DNA from: Eledone cirrhosa
Taxonomy: Eukaryota
Reading direction: 5' to 3'
Assembly: GCA_964016885.1 (NCBI GenBank)
Contig: OZ024764.1
Coordinates: 25,792,001 to 25,856,000, forward strand
DNA length: 64,000 nucleotides
Part shown: positions 25,251-38,327 of the stretch, piece by piece
How positions within the stretch are numbered: position 1 is the stretch's first letter
How the letters are laid out: each line of letters starts with the position of its first letter
Program-made: the position numbers and the translations under genes
Notes under the pieces: model-generated
The model's input: only the letters and a program-made list of their open reading frames with translations
Database searches by the model: none
Told to the model about the DNA's origin: nothing

Positions 25251-25268
<18 letters not shown>

Positions 25269-25286
<18 letters not shown>

Positions 25287-25452
25287 TTATAGGAACAAGT
25301 AAGACCCCGACGGCTGAGCTCAAGCCGTTTCGACGGCTAATTCTGGACAGCCGTCGGGGTCTTACTTGTTCCTATTACCCACACTACTACCCTAAGTATT
25401 GAGTACTTTGGTGCGTTATGGTCCACTTGGTTCCTTACCACATTTCCTTCGT
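25269..25452. repeat. Family B fold-back element
   Basis: ataggaacaagtaagaccccgacggctg and cagccgtcggggtcttacttgttcctat inverted arms, with an inner gccgtttcgacggc hairpin. Confidence 0.8.
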
Positions 25453-25839
25453 CTGTCAGTCTGCCCCTATCTCTCTATCAGTCTGTCTCTCTCTCTCTAT
25501 ATATATATATATAGACAGACTGATAGAGAGATAGGGGCAGACTGACAGACAGATAAACCGACAGAGATAATGAGGTAGAGACAGACAGACAGACTGACTG
25601 AGATAGAGAGAGATTGGAAGTGAACAACAATGAAGAGAGAAAGACCGACTGCGATTTTACTGTTGTTGTTGTTGTTATTGGTCAGTCTGGATGTTGTGGT
25701 GAGTTTTGAGAGGAAGACGATGACCACAGCTGACCTACTGGACAATACCACATGGAAACCTCATTACCGTGTTACTATACCAGGTATTTATTTTACACAT
25801 ATAGATATATACAAGCATTCACACATACTTATATTCATA

Positions 25840-25897
<58 letters not shown>

Positions 25898-25898
<1 letters not shown>

Positions 25899-25994
25899 CG
25901 AAGGAAATGTGGTAAGGAACCAGGTGGACCACAACGCACCAAAGTACTCAATACTTGGGGTAGTAGAGTGGGTAATAGGAACCAGTAAGGTTCC

Positions 25995-25996
<2 letters not shown>
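25898..25996. repeat. Family B fragment in (TA)n
   Basis: Matches 12284-12389; short terminal hairpin taggaacc..ggttccta. Confidence 0.75.
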
Positions 25997-26069
<73 letters not shown>

Positions 26070-26083
26070 GAACTTTGGATGGT

Positions 26084-26224
26084 AATATCCGTAGTGGTAG
26101 AGCACTCAGTCCATGGGACGAGTTTGGTAGAAGTAGTAACACAACAGTTAGTTCACCATACCGAGAACAATTGTTTCACCTTATGCGACCAGTACGGTGA
26201 ACTAACTGTTGTCTTACTTCTTCT
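26084..26224. repeat. Family A element with partial fold-back
   Basis: Reverse complement of 7812-7925, followed by a short inverted arm ~26195-26224. Confidence 0.8.
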
Positions 26225-26325
26225 ATATATATATATATGTAAAAGGTAAACAGAAATAACAACACAGTCAGTACAGTATATGGAAGGAATATATTAGGTT
26301 AACGCTTGAAATAGCAGGAAGAGGG

Positions 26326-26361
26326 TCTTAACGTTTCAGACGCTAGTCCTTCATCAGAAGA
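26326..26361 (-). ncRNA. Minimal hammerhead ribozyme (GAAACGUU type, family H)
   Basis: Minus strand: tctt-CTGATGA-a-ggac tagc gtct-GAAA-cg-TT-aaga; downstream flank resembles 36790-36870. Confidence 0.75.
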
Positions 26362-27375
26362 AAGAATGAGAAATAAGATAGATTGAGGGGACGGGTGGGT
26401 TGGAATTGGAAAAAATGTCTTCACACTCATACACACATATATTTACAGTCACATAAATATCAGCTGATTTTGCGTGATTTCCTGAACATTGCATAAGAAA
26501 AATCAGCATTTGTAAAGATATATTGTACAGAAATGATTGTCTGGGAAACTAATATTTAAATCTATCTCTAACTAATAACCGCCAACTGTCTACCGTAAAC
26601 TCTGAACAGTTGATTGCAGCTAGACGCTAATTCATTGACTGAGCTAGATGTTGGCCGAAGGACGCTGAAATTATAACAGATTTTTGTTACTTTTCTTGTA
26701 TACATATATATATATTTATGCGCATAACAGGTCGATATGCAATAAATATTTTTCATATGTAAATGAAACTTCCTCGTTTTTTTTTTTTCTATTGCATACA
26801 CGCATATATATATATAAGAAAATGAGTTTTTTTTTCAAAATAAAAAAACCGAGTGAAAGTATAAGGAAAAGAGATGAAATCGAAAATGCAACTGGAGTCT
26901 TTTTTAGAATATTTATTTGTTTCCTTTACCGGTTTCACAGTTCTTATGCTTTTAGAAAGTAGAATTGAGATGGAGGGTTTGTGGTTTTTCTCATATCTGG
27001 TTGGTGTTCGAATGTTACTTCTGTTTTATGTGGCAAAAAGTGGCTCGAAATGCTAGGTTTTTTTGAAAAGTAATTTGGTTGTTTGATGACTGTCACGTGA
27101 ATAAGTATAATAAATTTTGCGCCAGTTCGCGTTACAAAGTTCTTATTACATTTGCTTTAAAAAAAGGAGGGGGGGGGGGGGCTCAGATTGTTTTTTCATA
27201 TATGAGTGAAATTTGGTTGGTTGATGCAGACCATCAACTTGTGTGCCAGTTCTTGTTTGAGGGTTCTTTTCACTTAAAAAAGTGGCTCAAAAAAGTTTTT
27301 TTTATAAATCTAATTTGATTGGTTATATATATATATATATATATATTAATATATATATATTAATATATATATATT

Positions 27376-28067
27376 AATAAGGTAATGAATTCTTTTACAA
27401 TGGAATCAGCTCGAAGGAGGAAAATGCCCCCTGAGCAGTGTATAAATTAATATGTATGTGATGAAACACAGATACCAACACATCTGTATATATATTGCAA
27501 AAGAAAAATTTAGCCAGATTGAAGTATACTAATTATTATACTACAGTTTGTCCATATCGATTTAAAATAATAAATCAACGAAGACGAACTGTATTGCCAA
27601 GCTGATTCCATTGTAAAAGAATTCATTACCTTATTAATTTTAACTGCTCCTAGTTTGAGCTGCAAGCCGCCTCATATATACGACTGTTATTTCTAGCAGT
27701 ACGGTTATGAGACTAGTTAGATACTGTAAAACCATGTGCGTCACGCAGTCTTTTAAATTATTTAGAAGTGAAGCATATCAATTTGTCTCTGGATGTTTAC
27801 TGAGGAGAGCAGGACATGATATTCCTACACTTATTTAACTCGAAACATATTTGGATCTTAAAGTTTAAACTTATCTACGGAACAGGTTTGATTTTGAAAT
27901 TTAAATGTGTCTATACATCACGGCCTCTTGGCAATACAGTTCGTCTTCGTTGATTTATTATTTTAAATCGATATGGACAAACTGTAGTATAATAATTAGT
28001 ATACTTCAATCTGGCTAAATTTTTCTTTTGCAATATATATACAGATGTGTTGGTATCTGTGTTTCAT

Positions 28068-28072
<5 letters not shown>
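27376..28072. repeat. Family D doubly inverted element
   Basis: 27376-27411 inverted at ~27600-27637; ~27457-27600 inverted at ~27928-28072; degenerate CTGAGGA-gag...ctc-GAAA at 27800-27845. Confidence 0.75.
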
Positions 28073-28104
<32 letters not shown>

Positions 28105-28179
28105 CCCCAGCATGGCCTCAGCCAGATGGCTGGAACAGGTAAAAGAGTAAAAGATATATATATATATATTTACATACAT

Positions 28180-28400
28180 ATATGGTGATTGCGTCATCTT
28201 TGCAGATGATTGCCATCTCCCTATGCACCCCTATCAACCGTCACCAATTCCAAATGTCCGTTCATGGCCTCTTAGGTGGCTTTTAAGTCCAGCTTTAGAT
28301 TTGCCCAGTCTGCAGCAAATGTGACAGACAAAAGATGTGCCCTCTATTGGATTGATTGGGTCAGTTTGTGGGATGTCAACCTTATATACCCTCATATCCC
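28180..28400 (-). mobile_element. RTE 3' end fragment with C2H2 finger
   Basis: CHICCRLGKSKAGLKSHLRGH followed by short UTR and ATGT tail. Confidence 0.7.
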
Positions 28401-28417
28401 TTTTAAAATATGTATTT

Positions 28418-28452
<35 letters not shown>

Positions 28453-29075
28453 ATATGTTGAGAAGGTAACACACCAGAGAGAGATATACAGTGCGCTATC
28501 AATAATACAGGGAAAAAAACCACCAGTGTATGGAATCTATAACCTATGAAAGGCAGACTATAGACACGATAATTAAAAATATATCTAAAGCGTAAATAAA
28601 TACCTTACAAATCCAAAGATATGTTTCACCAAAAAATTGGTCTCGGTTCACTGCCCTTAAACACGCTGTGACTTCTCTCTCCCACGTGTAGCTGGACAGT
28701 CAATTGTAAAATTCTCTTAGTGTTGTCTGAAATGTATGGCCTTACACACGCTGATGAACCGAGACTAGACCATTTCTTTCAACAAATTTTTTGGTGAAAC
28801 ATATCTTTGGATTTGTACGTGTGTTATATAGTTATAAAGGTATTTATTTACGCTTTAATTTATATTTTTAATTATCGTGTCTATAGTCTGCCTTCCATAG
28901 GTTATAGATTCCATACACTGGTGGTTTTTTTTCCTGTATTATTGATAACGCACTATATATATCTCTCTGGTGTGTTACCTTCTCAACATATTATATTTTA
29001 AAGGGCTCAGGATCTCTTCCCCTTTGAGCACATTATTTACAGGGAATAACGACGGCCTATGCCTCCGTTATTTAT

Positions 29076-29080
<5 letters not shown>
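28453..29080. repeat. Family E fold-back element
   Basis: ~28453-28640 is the reverse complement of ~28783-28995; degenerate CTGATGA-accgaga...ttttggt-GAAA at 28751-28799. Confidence 0.8.
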
Positions 29081-29151
<71 letters not shown>

Positions 29152-29353
29152 CATACATTTACATGGAAAAGAATGAAACAAAATTTCATTTCTCACTCTT
29201 AGTACGGCTGATACCTAAATATAAGTATGTATACGTACATACATATATGTGTACAGACGTACAGTAGTATGTATATATATACATACATGCACATATATAT
29301 ATATGTACGTATCGGTTTACCGAACATTTATTATAATGATCGGTTTGTTTGTA

Positions 29354-30574
<1,221 letters not shown>

Positions 30575-30897
30575 TTACTTTTGCGAGGTTTTTGATATGA
30601 AATCGTGTGTCAAAACAAAGATGGCGTAAGCATACAATGCAACGGGAGGAAACATAATAGCACCACTGACGATGTTGCAGATGTGCAACGAAAGAACTTT
30701 GATAGACTATATATATGTGTTTGTGTCTATATTGTATCTGTATTTTTGACCGTTGGTCAGTCAATGGCAACATTGAGGACCGAATAAATTAAATTAACCG
30801 ATATAAAAGACACAGAAGCGAAAACCAACCAAAGAGTGAGTGTGTTCTGTTATTAATTCTGGCAATATTATTACACAAATATGACCGTCCCCAAGTA

Positions 30898-31753
30898 TAA
30901 CAATATATATATATATGGATGTATATATAATGTATTTTACAATACACTTTATGCTTCATTAAAAGCATTTTGAAGACCGTAAGCTATTGTTTTAAAGTAG
31001 TGACAAATTCACTCACTTTGATCTCAGCAAACAGGGGAGATAAGCCGACAAGACTTGTTTCGTTTTGGTTGAAGCTTATCAAGGCCAACTACCCCACCCG
31101 TTTACTGAGATCATTGATGTTATATTCTTATAGAAATCTAGTAAATAATCAGGAGCTGATTATGCAGAGCGGTTGTTGGTCAGGCAGAAATTAAAAATTA
31201 GAATTGGAGCTCTGAAATAGCAATATATATATGGATGTATATATAATGTATTTTGCAATACACTTTATGCTTAATTAAAAGCATTTTGAAGACCGTAAGC
31301 TATTGTTTTAAAGTAGTGACAAATTCACTCACTTTGATCTCAGCAAACAGGGGAGATAAGCCGACAAGACTTGTTTCGCTTTGGTTGAAGCTTATCAAGG
31401 CCAACTACCCCACCTGTTTACTGAGATCATTGATGTTATATTCTTATAGAAATCTAGTAAATAATCAGGAGCTGATTATGCAGAGCGGTTGTTGGTCAGG
31501 CAGAATTCTATAAGAATATAACATCAATGATCTCAGTAAACGGGTGGGGTAGTTGGCCTTGATAAGCTTCAACCAAAGCGAAACAAGTCTTGTCGGCTTA
31601 TCTCCCCTGTTTGCTGAGATCAAAGTGAGTGAATTTGTCACTACTTTAAAACAATAGCTTACGGTCTTCAAAATGCTTTTAATTAAGCATAAAGTGTATT
31701 GCAAAATACATTATATATACATCCATATATATATTGCTATTTCAGAGCTCCAA
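30898..31753. repeat. Family G: tandem duplication followed by inversion
   Basis: ~30900-31192 repeated at ~31220-31505; ~31204-31452 inverted at ~31505-31753. Confidence 0.9.
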
Positions 31754-31754
31754 T

Positions 31755-31807
<53 letters not shown>

Positions 31808-32013
31808 GAAGTTATATTTAATTTGTTGGGATTCCAACAAACTTAAAAAAGTTTATACCTGATATAGAGCACTCAACAGTTTACTGGCGTAAATATTCAA
31901 TATATTAATAAATGGAAACTATATTTATAAAACCATAATTATTTTATCACATATATTTCAAGGGCAACCAAGGCAATCTTGGTGCGCTTTCATCAGATAA
32001 AATACAAAATTTG

Positions 32014-34145
32014 TTTCATAAGAAGACTTAGATGGCGTGCCTTCCATTTCGATAGAAAATCAGATGAAATAACAAATAAATCCAACTTCGATATGATCTT
32101 CAAATCGAAGAAAAATCCACCTAACAACAAACTATTAATGGAATTTGAAAATGAAATAATATCAATTATACAAAACATCAAATTCAAGAGAAAACCAATT
32201 TGTAGGCCAGGAATACCTTAAAGGTCTTAAGAATAATATAGAAAATCTTGAAAAAACTGAGAAAATTCTCGTTAAATCTGACAAAACCAATATGGAATGC
32301 AAAAGGACGAATATAATAATCTTATATTGAAGGAACTAAGGAAAAACTACAAAAGAACAACCAATGATGACCTTGAAATGCTAAATAGAGAAGCTTCTGA
32401 TATAATTCATAAATTAGGCATCGAAAATAGGACCGAACCGTTTAAACCTAGAAAATCCAAAAATTAATTTGAAAGACCGCAAAAGAAACTTTGAAATAAA
32501 ATTACCAGTTAGACTTATAGCACCATCTAAATCAGACCTAGGCATGGTTAGTAAACATATATTAGATAGAATCATACCGCAACTTAAAGAAATATCTTAC
32601 TTAAAACTATGGAACGGTACTAACGAAGTTATAGATTGGTTCAACAACATAAAATTTAAACATAACAAAAAATTCATTCAATTGGATATTGCAAATTACT
32701 ACTCATCTATCACTCCTAATTTACTTAATAAAGCCCTTATCTACGCATCTAAATATAATGATTTATCTAGCGATGAAATGCATATTATTTTATCTTCACG
32801 GAAAACCTTAATTAAATTTAACAACCACCTTTGGACCAGAGTAGATAGAGATAATAATTTCGATATCACTATGGGGTCATCAGACTCGGCGCAGTTAACA
32901 GATCTTGTGGGGCTTTTTATTAACAATACATTACATAGAAAACTACCGGAGATGACCGGTGGTTTATATCGTGATGATATGCTGCTGCTAATTGAAAATA
33001 ATAATAATTGTGAAATCAATAGAAAAAGAAAATCAATAATACAATTTTTTAATAGCTATAATCTTAAGTTAGAAATAGAGAATAACTATAAAATTGTTAA
33101 CTTTTTATACGTAACATTAAATCTTAATACAGGGCTACACTATCCATTCCATAAAATTAATGAGAACTTAAACTATGTTAGCTTCAACTCTAATCATCCT
33201 AGATCCATTAAGAACACTATCGTAAATTCTTTACAACAACGTATTTCTCGAATTTCAGCGAATAAAAATATATTTGAAGATAAGGCACAATATTATAACG
33301 AAGCTTTAAGTAGAGCAGGCTATAATAATGAAATTAAATACATCGACAATAATGATAAGGCAATTAACGATAATATTAATTATAATTATAATAAGAAACC
33401 TAGCATAAACTCTAAAACTAACAGAAGAAATAGAACTAGAAACATAATCTGGTATGCTCCTCCATTTTCACTAAGTATTAAAACACCTTTAGCTAAACTA
33501 TTTTTTAAAGCTCTTGATAAATGTTTTCCTAAGGCCCATAGATATTATTCAATCTTTAACAGACATACAATTAAACTATCTTACTCTACTACTATGAACC
33601 TAGCACAAAATATAAATAGAATCAATAATAGAAATCTAAACCTTAACCAGAATAGCACTAATACCTCTAGCAATATTCAATATAATAATACTGTTCCGAA
33701 TAATATAAACTCTGATAAATGTAATTGTAGAATTAAATCTAACTGTCCTTTAAAAAATAACTGTTTAGTTAAAAATGTGGTCCATACATGCAATGTCAAA
33801 ACCAATGATAATATTTTTAACTCTGTTGGCTCAACTTCTACAGACTTTAAATCTCGTTTCAATAACCATAAATGCTCGTTTAATAATATTGGTAAAAAAT
33901 CTTCAACTTCTCTATCCAACTTGATATAGAACTTAAAATCCCAAAATAGAGATTATTCTTTAACTTGGAATATAATTTCATAAGCACCCGCTTACAAAAC
34001 ACAGCTTTATCTAAATTTTGCAAATTGTGTGTTGAGGAAATTTTCTAAATACTTAAATGTAAGAACTCCATTAATTTACGTAACAATTTATTTAGTTCTT
34101 GTAAACATCGCCAAAACTCAACTTTTAGATCTATATATAAAATAT
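32014..34145 (+). pseudogene. PLE RT/GIY-YIG, multiple disablements
   Basis: ORFs 31979..32221 and 32469..33929 collinear with the 20547-23034 protein; stops and frameshifts at both ends. Confidence 0.85.
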
Positions 34146-35625
34146 AATTACACGTTTAATCTTCTCTACATAATGTTTACTTTATCTAAACCCCTATAAT
34201 CTCATTTCTTAAATTATATGCATATATGTTCATAAATTCTAAATCTTTAAATTTAAATTTAATGTAATTCTAATTTTAATATCTTTTACTTCTTAAATAT
34301 ATATAATTTGCTTCTTAAATCTTTAATTTTTAATAATTTTACTTCTTAAATATCTTTATTTTTTATCTTTTTTATCTTACTTCCAAAATATCTCATAATC
34401 TTTTTTAAAAATTACTTAAAATTTTTTTTTTAAATTACTTATTTCTAAAAAAAAACTATTTTTTGGGTCATCTTAATATTTTTAATATATTTTTTAGTAT
34501 TTTTCTAATATTTTAAAATATTTTTAAATATTTTAAAGTATTTTTAGATATTTCTTAATATCAATTTATATTTTTTGAATAATTTTAGGTTTTTAATTAT
34601 ATTTCCTGAATAATTTTAGGTTTTTTATTAATTTTAAACAATTTTAAATGTTTTTAAAAGGAGACTTTTTGAGATCTTTTTAAAATCTCTTGGAAAGTTT
34701 TTCCAGGAATTTTCAAGAATTTTGTCTAGAATTGTTAATATTTTATAGTCTTAATTTTGAAATGGTTTTAGTATTTTCTTTTACTTTTAATAATTTTTAA
34801 TTTGTTAATTTTTTGTAATTATTTAATATTAGAGTTATAACCAATAACTAACTCTGGCTAAATATATCTCTAAACATATCTTTGTCAAAATTATCTCATA
34901 ATAACTAATAAATAAACAAAACTGGGATTTTCATTATTTTTCCAATGTAAAACATTAAAAACATATAAGTAATCTTATTAACTCAGTTTAATTTAATTTA
35001 ATTTAATTTAAATACTTACACTAAATATAAACTAGTATCCCTCATAATTTATCATCTATAACATGATATACCCATCTATCCACTCATATATCTATCCTTA
35101 TATCTATCCTTATATCTGTATTTTATCCTATGCTTCTACTTCATATTTATTTTAAATCTATTATTTTTTAATATAATTTAATATATTTTAATATATTTTA
35201 ATATATCTTTATTTTTAATATATCTTTATTTTTTCTATATATCTAATTTTCTATATACTTATAATAATAAATAAATATTTATTATAATAGAATTCTAACA
35301 ATTATTAGTAAATATACGTGACATAAATATGTAACATAAACATAAGACTACGTTATAGGAACTCATCCTCGGATAAGCTTCTTTCTTCACTCTTTCTTCA
35401 CTCTATTTCTACATATACTAATATTTTCTTTTCTTTTCTCTTCCTTCTTTTTTCTCTCTCTTCTTCCCACAGCGTAATTTAAATAAACGGTTGTTTTTTT
35501 TCAATTTTTTCGGACATTCATTTGCATATTCACACAGAACTTTGAATTACCCTCAATAAAATGTTTCACTATCCAGCGAATTTTCAACCGTCAAGGTTAT
35601 GTCACTATTTGTAAAACAAATTTTG

Positions 35626-35690
35626 TATTTTATCTGATGAAAGCACACCAAGATTGCCTTGGTTGCCCTTGAAATATATATAACGAAATA
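35626..35690 (+). ncRNA. Hammerhead motif in PLE pLTR (family C)
   Basis: tattttat-CTGATGA-aagcacaccaag attgc cttggttgccctt-GAAA-tatata-TA-acgaaata; inverted copy ~31940-32004 has G at the cleavage position. Confidence 0.65.
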
Positions 35691-36459
35691 ATCATGGTTT
35701 TATAAATATACTTTCCATTTATTAATATATTATAGATATTGTATATATATATATATATATATATTTACACACATATATATATATGTATGTATGTGTGTGT
35801 ATTTTTTTGATGAATTTTCATTGTGAGGAGCAGAGTAATAATGGTCCATAACTTCTATGGGTGACCCTGAGCCAATTCTCTGTGAAATACATGTAACACA
35901 TCGATACACAATAAAAAACTAAATCCATGTAAACAAAAGTTCACTGTTTTTCTTAATATATATACTCTGCCTGTGTATTGAGTACTCATTTTGCTACCAC
36001 TACCACTAATTCACTGAATCACCTACACTATATATGTATATATATATTTCCGTCTAACCTATGCTAGCGTGGAAGAACGGACGTAAAACGGTGATGATGA
36101 TGATGATGATATATAAATAAATAAAGGTCCCACTTGGTCACCAATGACCAGGGTTTTGCACCTAGAAAGTTTCTCTCTGAGGCACAAGCCTGGGCAAGGT
36201 ATGTTTTGTGGAAGACCAGCAGTGCTCCATACATACCAGTCTCTCCTCTCCACGCCACCGATGTTGTCCAAGGGAAAGGCTATGGCTGATACAGCTTGGC
36301 ACCAGTGACGTCTCAACATATATATATATATATACATTATATATACTATATATACACTATATATACCATATATACACTGCACCAGTGCTTCTCTAACTAT
36401 CTGATGTGCCACGTACCGTAGTAATATTAATTTATACCGGAAACGATAAGGCAGTGACT

Positions 36460-36628
36460 GTTACAGCTTGGCACCAGTGATGTCGCAACTCATTTCTACA
36501 GCTGAGTAAGCTGGAGCAACATGAAATAAAGTGTCTTGCTCAAGGACACAACACATCACCCGGTCCGAGAATCAAACTCACAACCTCTCAATTGCAATCC
36601 CAATGCTCCAACCACTAAGCCATGCACC

Positions 36629-36632
<4 letters not shown>
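36460..36632 (-). mobile_element. tRNA-derived SINE, second family
   Basis: Minus strand: A-box tggcttagtgg, B-box-like gagtttgattct, gtgtccttgagcaagacactt block; a related 3' part probably at ~36125-36315 (shared acagcttggcaccagtga). Confidence 0.7.
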
Positions 36633-36713
<81 letters not shown>

Positions 36714-36765
36714 GTGTTCTCCTTGTTAACGTCCCTCCTTACTCGCTCTCAGAGTTCCTCTCAAC

Positions 36766-36793
36766 TTTCCTGATGAAGTCCGAAACGTCGAAA
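36766..36793 (+). ncRNA. Minimal hammerhead with collapsed stem II (family H)
   Basis: tttc-CTGATGA-agtcc-GAAA-cg-TC-gaaa. Confidence 0.5.
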
Positions 36794-36889
36794 CCTCCTC
36801 CACTCCTACCAAGCGTGAACCTAATACAACTATGTACAATTGGCTCCTGCATTTGTTTGTCCTTTTGAACTATATATATATATATATTT

Positions 36890-37098
36890 ATTTGTCTTTC
36901 ACCTTGAATTTATTTAAATTTCCTTAATTTTCGAGATAATATCTCTTCTTCGGAGGGAAGTAAAGGTCTCAAACCAGCGTCTTTAAATCTCTAGCCAAGC
37001 CATGCTGACCAGCGTCTTTAAATCTCCGGTCAGCATGGCTTGGCTAGAGATTTAAAGACGCTGGTTTGAGACCTTTACTTCCCTCCGAAGAAGAGATA
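36890..37098. repeat. Family I palindromic element
   Basis: Perfect ~72-bp arms 36939-37010 and 37028-37099 around a 17-nt spacer copied from the arm. Confidence 0.85.
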
Positions 37099-37316
37099 TA
37101 TTTATTTATTAAAATAACAGATTAAAGTTTAAGCAACGATTCTTTGCTTAAACTTTAATCTGTTATTTTAATAAATCTTTGCTCTACGGTTCTTAAATAT
37201 TTGATATATATTTATCCTTCTCGAGCCCTCTTTGGATTTTAGTCTTCAAATTTATTATTATTACTATATATATATATATATATATAAGATCAAAAGATGG
37301 TTAAAAGAGTTCCATG

Positions 37317-37387
37317 TATTTTATTATGCGCATTTCAAAAACAAATATCATCATGCAATAACATTTGCGTTTTCGTCAGATAAAATA
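37317..37387 (-). ncRNA. Hammerhead ribozyme (family J)
   Basis: Minus strand: tattttat-CTGACGA-aaacgcaaatgttatt..gatgatatttgttttt-GAAA-tgcgca-TA-ataaaata. Confidence 0.75.
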
Positions 37388-37454
37388 AGGAGACATGATA
37401 TGAAGGTTAAAACACACTTGTGAATAGTGCAGTTTTAAATCAACATTTATATAT

Positions 37455-37592
37455 AACGAAGGAGGTGTGGTAAGGAACCAGATGGACCATAACGCACCAG
37501 AGTACTCAATACTTAGGGCAGTAGACTGGGTAATAGGAAAGAGTTTAACCCCGACAGCAGAGCTCTGCCGTTGGGGTTAAACCTTTTCCTAT
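37455..37592. repeat. Family B element with terminal hairpin
   Basis: taggaaa..tttaaccccgacagcag ag ctctgccgttggggttaaa..tttccta. Confidence 0.75.
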
Positions 37593-37735
37593 ATATATAT
37601 ACATGTCTGTGTGTGTGTGATGGTTATGTATGCAACACTACAATCACTAAATAATGATGTAATTAGGTTCAAGCACTCAACATTATGTGCATCCTTCCAC
37701 TTCTGATGTAGTATTTCTGATGCAGTATATACATG

Positions 37736-37920
37736 ATTGTTTCTACTTTAGGCACAAGGCCAGCAATTACCCAGTGCATTACTGGTACTTTATTTTATCG
37801 ACCCCGTAAGGATGAAAGGCAAAGTCAACCTCGGCGGGATTTGAACTCAGATCGTAAAGGGACGTAACTGTGCTGGAAAGCATGGCGTCCGACCTTCTAC
37901 CGATACTGCCAATCCATCAC
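37736..37920 (-). mobile_element. SINE S1
   Basis: Full body; its head is the first unit of the 45-bp array. Confidence 0.85.
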
Positions 37921-38327
37921 CCTACCATGGCGTCCGACCCCCTACCGATACTGCCAATCCATCGCCCTACCATGGCGTCCGACCCCCTACCGATACTGCC
38001 AATTCACCGCCCTACCATGGCGTCCGACCACCTACCGATACTGCCAATCCACCACCCTACCATGGCGTCCGACCACCTACCGATACTGCCAATCCACCAC
38101 CCTACCATGGCGTCCGACCCCCTACCGATACTGCCAATCCACCGCCCTACCATGGCGTCCGACCCTCTACCGATACTGCCAATTCACCGCCCTACCATGG
38201 CGTCCGACCCCCTACCGATACTGCCAATCCACCGCCCTACCATGGCGTCCGACCCCCTACCGATACTGCCAATCCACCGCCCTACCATGGCGTCCGACCC
38301 CCTACCGATACTGCCAATCCACCGCCG
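37881..38327. repeat. 45-bp minisatellite x10 derived from the SINE S1 head
   Basis: Unit catggcgtccgaccccctaccgatactgccaatccaccgccctac. Confidence 0.95.

Larger units (their letters stand above)
19926..25258 (+). mobile_element. Near-intact Penelope-like element (RT + C-terminal GIY-YIG, Hydra-clade-like) with pseudo-LTRs, inserted in (TA)n
   Basis: Direct repeats 19989-20384 and 24863-25258; inverted 60-bp piece 19926-19985 vs 20416-20475; ORF 20547-23034; (TA)n on both sides. Confidence 0.9.
31805..35730 (+). mobile_element. Penelope-like element (Hydra-clade-like), 5'-truncated with inverted pLTR, decayed
   Basis: Inverted pLTR 31805-32012 fused to FIRRLRWRAFHF; RT FIQLDIANYYSSI, ITMGSSDSAQ, LYRDD; CNCRIKSNCPLKNNC; GIY-YIG remnant; AT-rich 3' region; pLTR ~35565-35730. 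Confidence 0.85.

Noticed and set aside
26460-27325. Possible DNA transposon or host regulatory sequence
   Set aside because: No terminal inverted repeats, TSD, second copy or coding signal could be established by eye.
30970-31704. Three-copy small protein family (MKTVSYCFKVV...)
   Set aside because: Result of a recent non-coding duplication and inversion; non-ATG starts, no recognisable domain.
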